A stretch of DNA of 64,000 bases. Source: an uncultured Gammaproteobacteria bacterium. GTDB taxonomy: Bacteria > Pseudomonadota > Gammaproteobacteria > CAWCPV01. Within the stretch, counting starts at the first letter, position 1; each line of letters opens with the position of its first letter. Location of the stretch: positions 768,001 through 832,000 of the forward strand of contig CAWCPV010000003.1 of assembly GCA_963797555.1 (NCBI GenBank), read 5' to 3'. The notes beneath the pieces were generated by a model. That model was given only the letters and a program-made list of their open reading frames with translations, made no database searches and was not told the origin of the DNA. A program made the position numbers and the translations under genes. Of this stretch, positions 10,612 through 18,981 are shown in pieces.

Positions 10612-10697
10612 AACCAACGCCTTAAGTTAACTGGAGGGGCCTGCCGGAGCGGCGAAGCCGCGGAGGCAGGGCCGTTGGGTGGAACGCCTGGTTGGGC
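10612..10697 (-). mobile_element. Integron attC site
   Basis: Minus strand: GCCCAAC-CAGGC-GTTCCACC...central hairpin CCTGCC-GCGGCTTCGCCGC-GGCAGG...AGTTAAC-TTAAGGC-GTTGGTT, matching the R''/L''/L'/R' layout. Confidence 0.7.
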
Positions 10698-10770
10698 GGC
10701 GTGTGTCGACATGGCTCAAGAACGCTGTTCAACGTGGCTTTCATGAACGGGCAACGGGGTCACACACGCA

Positions 10771-11469
10771 TCATCTTTTCTCGGCCTGCCCACACACCCC
10801 CTTGGATGCTGCACGCCGCTGCCCCAGCGCCTCGACTTGGTCCCTGAACCGCTCGCCACCGAGCGCCCAGCCCTTGTGCGTGCATTCGCGGATCTCCCTC
10901 AGGTCGTTGCCGGAGACGGCCGCCCGGAACAATTGCCGGTAGGCTCCTTGCCGGTCTGCCGCAGTGCGGCCCAATCGCAGATATTCCTCGTGCGGCCTCA
11001 TCCAGTCTGCGTTCAATCCCGACTCGCCATGCGCATGGTAACGGTAGCTTGACCAGGGGTAATCCCTGGGGTGCGCCACCAGGCCCGCCCGCACCGGGTT
11101 GAGCTCGATGTAACGCATCAGCGTCAGCAGATACCGCTCGCTATCGACCACCGTCGCCCGGTAGCGGCCTTCCCACAGGGTGCCGCTGCGCCGGTACGTG
11201 AAATTGAAGTACTGCACATAACGCCGACCCACTGACTGGAGGACTTTGCTGATGCTGTGGTCGAGTTCAGGCGTTGCCAGCAGATGGATATGGTTGGTCA
11301 TCCAGACATACGCGTGGATCGCCAGAGCATGCTGACTTGCCGCTTCCACCAGGGCATCGCGAAAAAACTGATAGTCCGCCTCCGCGGCAAAGATGACCTG
11401 GCGGTTGTTGCCGCGCTGGATGATGTGCTGCGGCTGCCCAGGGATGACGTAGCGGGGAAGGCGAGCCAT
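10771..11469 (-). CDS. REP-associated (Y1/HUH) tyrosine transposase, intact
   Basis: HIIQRGNNRQ, MTNHIHLL (HUH), YIELNPVRAG, YPWSS motifs. Confidence 0.92.
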   Translation of the reverse strand: MARLPRYVIPGQPQHIIQRGNNRQVIFAAEADYQFFRDALVEAASQHALAIHAYVWMTNHIHLLATPELDHSISKVLQSVGRRYVQYFNFTYRRSGTLWEGRYRATVVDSERYLLTLMRYIELNPVRAGLVAHPRDYPWSSYRYHAHGESGLNADWMRPHEEYLRLGRTAADRQGAYRQLFRAAVSGNDLREIRECTHKGWALGGERFRDQVEALGQRRAASKGVCGQAEKR

Positions 11470-11572
11470 GGCGGTTCAGGTCGTGAGGTGACTGGACGAA
11501 GCATAGCACAGATATCGGATATCGTGTCTGACCCCATTCGTCTTTGCAGATATCGGATATCGTGTCTGACCC

Positions 11573-13072
11573 TAATGGCACTTACTTAACCTTTTTCGGA
11601 TGTCCGTTCTCGCGGATTTCTTCCCGTACGAGCTGTCTTGGCTTGCAGAGCAGCGGAAACGGTTTGGGTCGGCGTTTGACCGCTCTTGGCTCGACGCGCC
11701 GGGGGCGTTTCCCGACCCGCTGCTCGGCGATCATCACGAGTAAGGCAGACAGAGTGACGGGGTCCTGCGCCCCGCCACGTTGCTGCCACACTGTCCAGAT
11801 CTGGACGGTATGCTTGAAGCTGAGCTGGCGCGGGGTCTGATCGGCCAGCCAGGCGGCCTGGGCCATCAGCAACCGGATCAGATTGTAGGCCAGCAGATGA
11901 ACCCAGACCTCTTTGATCGCCATCTCCGGGGTCTTGCAGCTCAGCATCTCCATGCCGAGCGTGGTCTTGATGTGGCGTAAGTCCAGCTCCACGTGCCAGC
12001 GCCGGCGATACAGCGTCTTGAGGGCGGGCTTCGGAGTGTGCCTGGGGCAGCAGAGCTGGTGACCAGGGTCTTGCGGCCGGTGTGTAGCTCGCGCACCTGC
12101 AGGCTCTCGGGGGCTTGCTGTAGTCGGCCTGGCGCATCCAGTCGGGCTTCTTGGGCTTGTGCAGCACGATGAGGTGGTCGCGCTCGCCGAGCTTCTCGCC
12201 CACAGAGAAGTCGATGCTGCGTCGCCGTGCCCCGTACTGTTCGAATACTCCGTCCACGCCCCGTTGCACCAGCTCGGAGAGCAGGAAATAGGTCGCGTAG
12301 AAGGCATCCCCCAAGAGGATGTCACCGGGGCGCAGGGTATCGAGCTGGGAGCGCAGCAGAGTCTGTTCATCGCTTCCCTTGCCTTGGCACGGGCCAGTGG
12401 CCACATCGAGCAACCGCCACTGCCCAGGCACAGCAAAGCGACCAGGCGGCACTGGGGAAAGCCCAGGCCCGCCTTCTGGCTGGCCGGTTGCGGATAGGCC
12501 GCTTGATTCTCCGGTGTATCCGGCAGCACCACCGTCGCCCCATCGACCAGACGCACCGGGCGACCCTGCCAGTGCCACATCGCCGGGGCACCCTCGGCGA
12601 TGAGCCGCCCGGTGTGGCGGCACAGCCGCGTGACCATCTGAAGCGGCAGGCGCTGTCGTGCCTTGCAGTACGCCCCGGTGTGGGTACTGCATCGCGGCAG
12701 GCCGCCCACCAGGCGCTTGACCGCAGCATCATTCACCGCTTGCTGGCAGGAGCGGTCCGCCGAGAGCGTCTGCGCAAGAAACATCGACAGCGTCTCGGTG
12801 GGTGCAAACAGCCGCTCACGGTGCTCCGGCAGCAGCGACTCGACTTGCTCGAACAAGCGCGGGCCGGTGAGCAGGTTGAAAAACGCGTAGGTATCCGTGT
12901 TGGCAGCCTGATGACGAACCCGTCGCTGTTGCTGAACGCAGGCGCAGTGGCTAGGATGCATGAGGGCTGGCTCCCTGGGTGATGGACGTTGTGTTTGGCG
13001 ACTCAACAGCCTATCACCTACGCCAGCCCTTCTGCATGCAAATTCAGTCAGTTGCGCTTAAGTAAGTGCCAT
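11573..13072 (-). mobile_element. IS4-family insertion sequence, copy 1 (transposase 12961-11582, frameshifted)
   Basis: TIRs ATGGCACTTACTTAA; flanking direct repeat CGTGTCTGACCC (11561-11572 and 13073-13084); LVDGAT, GDAFY and YRRRWHVE (YREK-like) motifs. Confidence 0.9.
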
Positions 13073-13095
13073 CGTGTCTGACCCCATTCGTCTTT

Positions 13096-13317
13096 GATGA
13101 TGCTGTGGTCGAGTTCAGGCGTTGCCAGCAGATGGATATGGTTGGTCATCCAGACATACGCGTGGATCGCCAGAGCATGCTGACTTGCCGCTTCCACCAG
13201 GGCATCGCGAAAAAACTGATAGTCCGCCTCCGCGGCAAAGATGACCTGGCGGTTGTTGCCGCGCTGGATGATGTGCTGCGGCTGCCCAGGGATGACGTAG
13301 CGGGGAAGGCGAGCCAT
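13096..13317 (-). pseudogene. RAYT-like transposase, 3'-truncated near-identical copy
   Basis: Same sequence as the 5' part of 10771-11469 and its upstream region. Confidence 0.9.
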
Positions 13318-13399
13318 GGCGGTTCAGGTCGTGAGGTGACTGGACGAAGCATAGCACAGATATCGGATATCGTGTCTGACCCCATTCGTCTTCCGCCAG

Positions 13400-13788
13400 C
13401 GCCGCCCGCACCGGGTTGATCTCGATGTAGCGCATCAGCGTCAGCAGATACCGCTCGCTATCGACCACCGTCGCCCGGTAGCGGCCTTCCCACAGGGTGC
13501 CGCTGCGCCGGTGCGTGAAATTGAAGTACTGCACATAATGCCGACCCACTGACTGGAGGACTTTGCCGATGCTGTGGTCGCATTCAGGCGTTGCCAGGAG
13601 ATGGATATGGTTGGTCATCCAGACATACGCGTGGATCGCCAAACCATGCTTCCCTGCCGCCTCCACCAGGGCATCCCGAAAGAACTGATAGTCCGCATCT
13701 GCGGCAAAGATCACCTGGCGGTTATTGGCGCGCTGGATGATGATGCTGTGGCTGCCCAGGGATGACGTTGCGGGGAAGGCGGGCCATG
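13400..13788 (-). pseudogene. RAYT-like transposase, diverged 3'-truncated copy
   Basis: MARLPRNVIPGQPQH...MTNHIHLL...YIEINPVRA, truncated at the neighbouring element end. Confidence 0.85.
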
Positions 13789-13947
13789 GCGGTCCGTGTC
13801 GTGAGGTGACTGCACGAAGGATAGCACAAAATATCGTGTCTGACCCCATTGACCCCATTGCCTTGCCTGCCATTGCCTTGCCTTGTGTCGCGAAGGGTGA
13901 GACCGGTCAATCCGACATGCGCTCCTCATACACCCTCAAGCTTGCTC

Positions 13948-14820
13948 TCAGTTTAATGACCGCGGATAGTCAAACGGATTTTCATTGAGCTCGATCAGGA
14001 AACCCTCCGGCGCGCTCCTTTTGAAATAGATCTCCCAGTCGTTATTTGGAATGATAACGTCATTCTCGCCGATCCTAATTCCGATCGGTCTGCATTTCAC
14101 GTCCTTTCCGAATACCGCGTAGACAGCCATATCGACGAACACCTCGTTATCAGGATTGCTGCTTCTCAGATGCGTATCCTGAATAGCAAACGATTTAAAT
14201 CTGCCTCGCCCGTCGTTCAACGCGACAAGATCCTTGACCACAATTGGGAACTCGTGGGACCCGTCAAACTGAACAAACACGCCGCTTGGGTGACCCGGCG
14301 CACCGCTGCTTTTCACGTAGCTCGGGAAATCGCCGTGAAAGATGCGCACTCTGCGCGCAAGAGTCGGAAAAATCGCGAGGAGCCGTTCGTAAGCAAAACC
14401 AAGATAGTGGGGATTCACGTCGATCAGATCGAGCGTGAAGTCGAAGTCCTCTGCAGCTTGGATCAGGAACTGAGATGCACCGCCGAGAAATACGCCGACC
14501 TCGCAAACATGTTTGATAACGCCGCGATTCTTCTCGATATAATCCATCAAGTCCAGGTAGTATTGCCCCGAGCACTGCTCCGCGTGTGGCACAAACGTCC
14601 CGTCCAGGGCCGACAGGTATTTATCGAAGAACGCGCTCCTGCCTCGCAGGGAATCGTGCACTGCGGAACTCCAGGGCTCGCGGGATACCAATTGAGGCTC
14701 AAGATTGTATTTCTTGACGATATCGCCGCCCTCGCTACATCGGCTGACATCGAGGAACGTACCGAAGGTGGGGGTGGTTCGAAGGTAATTGATGACCTCG
14801 TTCTGCACTTGTCTACTCAT
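13948..14820 (-). CDS. Class I SAM-dependent methyltransferase (Methyltransf_24-like)
   Basis: EVGVFLGGAS and FDGSH motifs; visibly lower GC than its neighbours. Confidence 0.7.
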   Translation of the reverse strand: MSRQVQNEVINYLRTTPTFGTFLDVSRCSEGGDIVKKYNLEPQLVSREPWSSAVHDSLRGRSAFFDKYLSALDGTFVPHAEQCSGQYYLDLMDYIEKNRGVIKHVCEVGVFLGGASQFLIQAAEDFDFTLDLIDVNPHYLGFAYERLLAIFPTLARRVRIFHGDFPSYVKSSGAPGHPSGVFVQFDGSHEFPIVVKDLVALNDGRGRFKSFAIQDTHLRSSNPDNEVFVDMAVYAVFGKDVKCRPIGIRIGENDVIIPNNDWEIYFKRSAPEGFLIELNENPFDYPRSLN

Positions 14821-14943
14821 GGAACCCCTCTCATTCTCCTGATTCCGTGACTTCGCGTCTTAGCGGATGGCTGCAACCTGCTGATTTATCGTTGCAGTTC
14901 AGCTAAAATCGGCCCGCGGCTCAACTCACCCGACAGGTGAACG

Positions 14944-15250
14944 ATGAAGCGGTTCATCTTGGAGCGGTCCGATGAGCAATTCTACACCTCCCATTCTGGT
15001 CTGGCCTTGGTCGGTCTTTGCGTCAACCGCTTTAGCGGGCTGGGCAAGGCGCTGAGGCAGGCGATCCCGCTACGCCACGGCATCTCCCATGAAGACGTAG
15101 CCAAGAGCTATCTGGGGTTGATGTGTTTGGGCAAGAGCGACTTCGAGGCGCTCGCCAACGTCCGAGAGGACAATTTCTTCCGCCAGGCGCTGGGGCTGGA
15201 TCGGGTACCCTCAGCAGAAACGCTGAGGCAGCGTCTCAACGAGCAGGGAG
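14944..15250 (+). pseudogene. IS1380-family transposase N-terminal fragment
   Basis: TSHSGLALVG, LGKSDFEA, VPSAETLRQRL; cut at the GGGGTCAGACAC motif. Confidence 0.8.
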
Positions 15251-15268
15251 ACAATGGGGTCAGACACG

Positions 15269-16757
15269 AATGGCACTTACTTAAGCGCAACTGACTGAAT
15301 TTGCATGCAGAAGGGCTGGCGTAGGTGATAGGCTGTTGAGTCGCCAAACACAACGTCCATCACCCAGGGAGCCAGCCCTCATGCATCCTAGCCACTGCGC
15401 CTGCGTTCAGCAACAGCGACGGGTTCGTCATCAGGCTGCCAACACGGATTCCTACGCGTTTTTCAACCTGCTCACCGGCCCGCGCTTGTTCGAGCAAGTC
15501 GAGTCGCTGCTGCCGGAGCACCGTGAGCGGCTGTTTGCACCCACCGAGACGCTGTCGATGTTTCTTGCGCAGACGCTCTCGGCGGACCGCTCCTGCCAGC
15601 AAGCGGTGAATGATGCTGCGGTCAAGCGCCTGGTGGGCGGCCTGCCGCGATGCAGTACCCACACCGGGGCGTACTGCAAGGCACGACAGCGCCTGCCGCT
15701 TCAGATGGTCACGCGGCTGTGCCGCCACACCGGGCGGCTGATCGCCGAGGGTGCCCCGGCGATGTGGCACTGGCAGGGTCGCCCGGTGCGTCTGGTCGAT
15801 GGGGCGACGGTGGTGCTGCCGGATACACCGGAGAATCAAGCGGCCTATCCGCAACCGGCCAGCCAGAAGGCGGGCCTGGGTTTTCCCCAGTGCCGCCTGG
15901 TCGCTTTGCTGTGCCTGGGCAGTGGCGGGTTGCTCGATGTGGCCACGGGAGTGCCAAGGCAAGGGAAGCGATGAACAGACTCTGCTGCGCTCCAGCTCGA
16001 TACCCTGCGCCCCGGTGACATCCTCTTGGGGGATGCCTTCTACGCGACCTATTTCCTGCTCTCCGAGCTGGTGCAACGGGGCGTGGACGGAGTATTCGAA
16101 CAGTACGGGGCACGGCGACGCAGCATCGACTTCTCTGTGGGCGAGAAGCTCGGCGAGCGCGACCACCTCATCGTGCTGCACAAGCCCAAGAAGCCCGACT
16201 GGATGCGCCAGGCCGACTACGAGCAAGCCCCCGAGAGCCTGCAGGTGCGCGAGCTACACACCGGCCGCAAGACCCTGGTCACCACGCTCTGCTGCCCAGG
16301 CACACTCCGAAGCCCGCCCTCAAGACGCTGTATCGCCGGCGCTGGCACGTGGAGCTGGACTTACGCCACATCAAGACCACGCTCGGCATGGAGATGCTGA
16401 GCTGCAAGACCCCGGAGATGGCGATCAAAGAGGTCTGGGTTCATCTGCTGGCCTACAATCTGATCCGGTTGCTGATGGCCCAGGCCGCCTGGCTGGCCGA
16501 TCAGACCCCGCGCCAGCTAGCTTCAAGCATACGTCCAGATCTGGACAGTGTGGCAGCAACGTGGCGGGGCGCAGGACCCCGTCACTCTGTCTGCCTTACT
16601 CGTGATGATCGCCGAGCAGCGGGTCGGAAACGCCCCCGGCGCGTGAGCAAGAGCGGTCAAACGCCGACCCAAACGTTTCCGCTGCTCTGCAAGCCAAGAC
16701 AGCTGTACGGGAAGAAATGGAGAACGGACATCCGAAAAAGGTTAAGTAAGTGCATTA
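15269..16757 (+). mobile_element. IS4-family insertion sequence, copy 2 (transposase 15381-16749, frameshifted)
   Basis: Inverted near-identical copy of 11573-13072, flanked by GGGTCAGACACG at 15257-15268 and 16758-16769. Confidence 0.9.
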
Positions 16758-16769
16758 GGGTCAGACACG

Positions 16770-16835
16770 GTTATCATCCTTTCTCGGTCTGCTCACATCC
16801 TTGGACGCTGCACGCCGCTGCGCCAGCGCCTCGAG
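16770..16835 (-). pseudogene. RAYT-like transposase extreme 3' remnant
   Basis: Similar to 10769-10835 (ATCATC.TTTCTCGG.CTGC.CACA...CTTGGA.GCTGCACGCCGCTGC.CCAGCGCCTCGA). Confidence 0.75.
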
Positions 16836-16961
16836 CGGCACGCGTCGGCCGAGCAGGAGGCCGACGTGGCTCACGCCAGTAGAGCACCTGGTGGCGGCGC
16901 CCAGCCGCCTGATGGCGCGGCACCGCAGGGAACCCGCGGGGCGGCCGGCGCCGGTCCACCG

Positions 16962-17115
16962 CTAGCCCGCAACGCGCTGCACATCCACCCGGACCGTGAG
17001 TTCATGGTCCCCTCCTCCCAGAAGCACGCCCTTGAGGGGCGTCACGTCTCCATAGTCCCGGCCCCAGGCCAGGGTGACATAGCGCTCGCCGGGGGCCTGG
17101 TCGTTGGCAGGGGTT
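16962..17115 (-). pseudogene. Transglutaminase-family protein C-terminal remnant
   Basis: ERYVTLAWGRDYGDVTPLKGVLLGGG is the conserved bacterial transglutaminase-like C-terminus. Confidence 0.7.
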
Positions 17116-17308
17116 CGAAGTCTGACAGCATGAGGCCCTGGACGAGAATGCTGCCTTCGGGTCGGACCCGCTCTTCCCCCGCGTGCGGTGGCCGATCGGC
17201 GGCCCGCTTGCGGGGAAGAGGCCGCTATCTTAACCTCCCACGGTGCGTTTTGGTTCCTGATCTGGGGGGCGGTCGGGCTGCCTCTCGGGAGTCCACGAGA
17301 AGAGTGAA

Positions 17309-17447
17309 AGCTTGCGAAGAGGTCTGCTCGGCGTCCCGGTGGCGGCGTCGCGCGGTGGCGGCTCCTCGCCCATGGACGGGACGAGTCTCGCCGCTGCGCT
17401 TCGTGCGCGTTGCTCTCGGGCCGCTCGCGACGATTTCTTGGCAAGCC
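17309..17447. repeat. Degenerate copy of the 5182-5470 MITE without the 74-bp unit
   Basis: AGCTTGCGAA...GCGCGGTGG..GCTCCTCGCC...TTGCTCTC..GCCGCTCGCGACGATTTCTT..CAAGC. Confidence 0.65.
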
Positions 17448-17576
17448 CCGAGGCAGCAGGGCTCCGGTGCGGACCGCCCGACGGGGTTGGGGGAACGGGA
17501 GCACGCACGCGGCGCAATGTTGCGGAAGCGGTAGCGGAGGCCCGATAGGCAAGGCGCTGAGCGCGAGGTACAAGCT

Positions 17577-18923
17577 ATGCAAACTGCGGACTTCATCGTC
17601 ATCGGAAGCGGCCAGGGAGGGGTACCGTTCGCCGCCGACATGGCCCAGGCGGGCAAGCGGGTCGTCCTGTTCGAGCGCGGCGCAATAGGCGGGACCTGCC
17701 TCAACACCGGCTGCACCCCCTCCAAGGCGTTCCTGGCATCGGCCCACGCGGCCGGCAGAGCGCGCCTGGCCGAGCCGCTCGGGGTGCACGCCCGAGTCCA
17801 GGTGGACTTCCCCCGGGTCATGGAGCGGGTGCGCCGCATCCGCGACGAGTTCGGGCAGGGCGCGGAGCGCCGGCTGCGGGATGCCGGCGTGCGGCTCGTC
17901 CGGGGGGAGGCCCGTTTCGTGGGCGAGCGGGCGGTCTCGGGCGGCGGCGTCGTGGTGCAAGCCCCGGTGGTCGTCATCAACACCGGGGCCTCCCCGTCCC
18001 GACCTCCTGTCTCCGGCCTGGAGGACATTCCCTTTCTCACCAGCAACAACTTCTTCCAGCAGACCGAATTGCCGGCGCGGGTGCTGGTCATGGGCGCCGG
18101 GTACGTGGGCCTGGAACTGGGCCAGGGCATGGCCCGGCTGGGCAGCAGCGTGACAATCATCGACCTCGCGGGCCGAGCGCTGCCCGCCGAGGAGCCGGAC
18201 GTCGGCCGCGCTCTCCAAGAGGCCCTGGAGCAGGACGGAGTGAGGTTCCGCCTGGGAGCGAGAACGACGCGGGTGGAGCACGCCGGAGGCGTCTTCACGG
18301 TGACGCTGGACGACGGCTCCCGGCTGGAGGGGGAAGCGTTGCTCGTCGCGGTGGGGCGCCATCCGAACACCGCCGCACTGCACGCGGACGAGGCGGGCAT
18401 CGAGTTGGACCAGCGGGGCTTCGTCAAGACCGACAGCCGGTTGCGCACCTCTGCGGCGGGCGTGCACGCCATCGGCGATGTGGCGGGCCAGCCGCAGTTC
18501 ACGCATGTGTCCTGGGAGGACTACCGGCGCCTCAAGGGCGTCCTGGCCGGTGAGCCCCGCAGCCGAGACGATCGCGTGCTGGGCTATGCCGTCTACACCG
18601 ATCCCCAGGTGGGTCGCGTCGGGGATACCCTGGAACAGGCCGAGCGCCGGGGCCTTCGCGCCAGGGCGGTCACCTTGCCCCTGGAGAATGTCGCTCGCGC
18701 CTACGAGCTGGGACAGACCAACGGCTTCTTCCGGCTGGTGGTGGACCAGGACAACGACAAGATCCTCGGCGCGACCCTGGTCGGCCCGGAGGCCGCGGAG
18801 CTGGTCCACGTGCTGCTGGCCCACATGGAAGCGGGCTCCACTTGGCGGGTCCTGGAGCGCTCGGTGCACATTCACCCCGCTCTCGCGGAGGGCCTGCCCA
18901 GCCTCGCCAGGCTCCTGGTGTGA
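17577..18923 (+). CDS. Pyridine nucleotide-disulfide oxidoreductase (MerA/RclA-like family)
   Basis: GSGQGG, redox GGTCLNTGC, GAGYVG, C-terminal HP; no C-terminal Cys pair, so not true MerA. Confidence 0.88.
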   Translation: MQTADFIVIGSGQGGVPFAADMAQAGKRVVLFERGAIGGTCLNTGCTPSKAFLASAHAAGRARLAEPLGVHARVQVDFPRVMERVRRIRDEFGQGAERRLRDAGVRLVRGEARFVGERAVSGGGVVVQAPVVVINTGASPSRPPVSGLEDIPFLTSNNFFQQTELPARVLVMGAGYVGLELGQGMARLGSSVTIIDLAGRALPAEEPDVGRALQEALEQDGVRFRLGARTTRVEHAGGVFTVTLDDGSRLEGEALLVAVGRHPNTAALHADEAGIELDQRGFVKTDSRLRTSAAGVHAIGDVAGQPQFTHVSWEDYRRLKGVLAGEPRSRDDRVLGYAVYTDPQVGRVGDTLEQAERRGLRARAVTLPLENVARAYELGQTNGFFRLVVDQDNDKILGATLVGPEAAELVHVLLAHMEAGSTWRVLERSVHIHPALAEGLPSLARLLV

Positions 18924-18981
18924 GGCACCCCGGCAGGGTGCCCGCCTCACGGGGCTGACCGAAGGATTTCGAACGCGGGCA

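Noticed and set aside
11508-13850. CRISPR-like repeats (GATATCGTGTCTGACCCC)
   Set aside because: Spacing is irregular and the intervening DNA is transposase sequence; these are element ends.
11573-16757. Composite transposon moved as one unit
   Set aside because: Each IS copy has its own target duplication, indicating separate insertions.
17577-18923. Mercury resistance (merA)
   Set aside because: No C-terminal Cys pair, no N-terminal metal-binding domain and no other mer genes.
16962-18950. 662-aa minus-strand ORF and similar long antisense ORFs (e.g. 60364-63189, 51992-54295)
   Set aside because: Shadow ORFs of GC-rich genes; only the last ~50 codons of this one match a real transglutaminase remnant.
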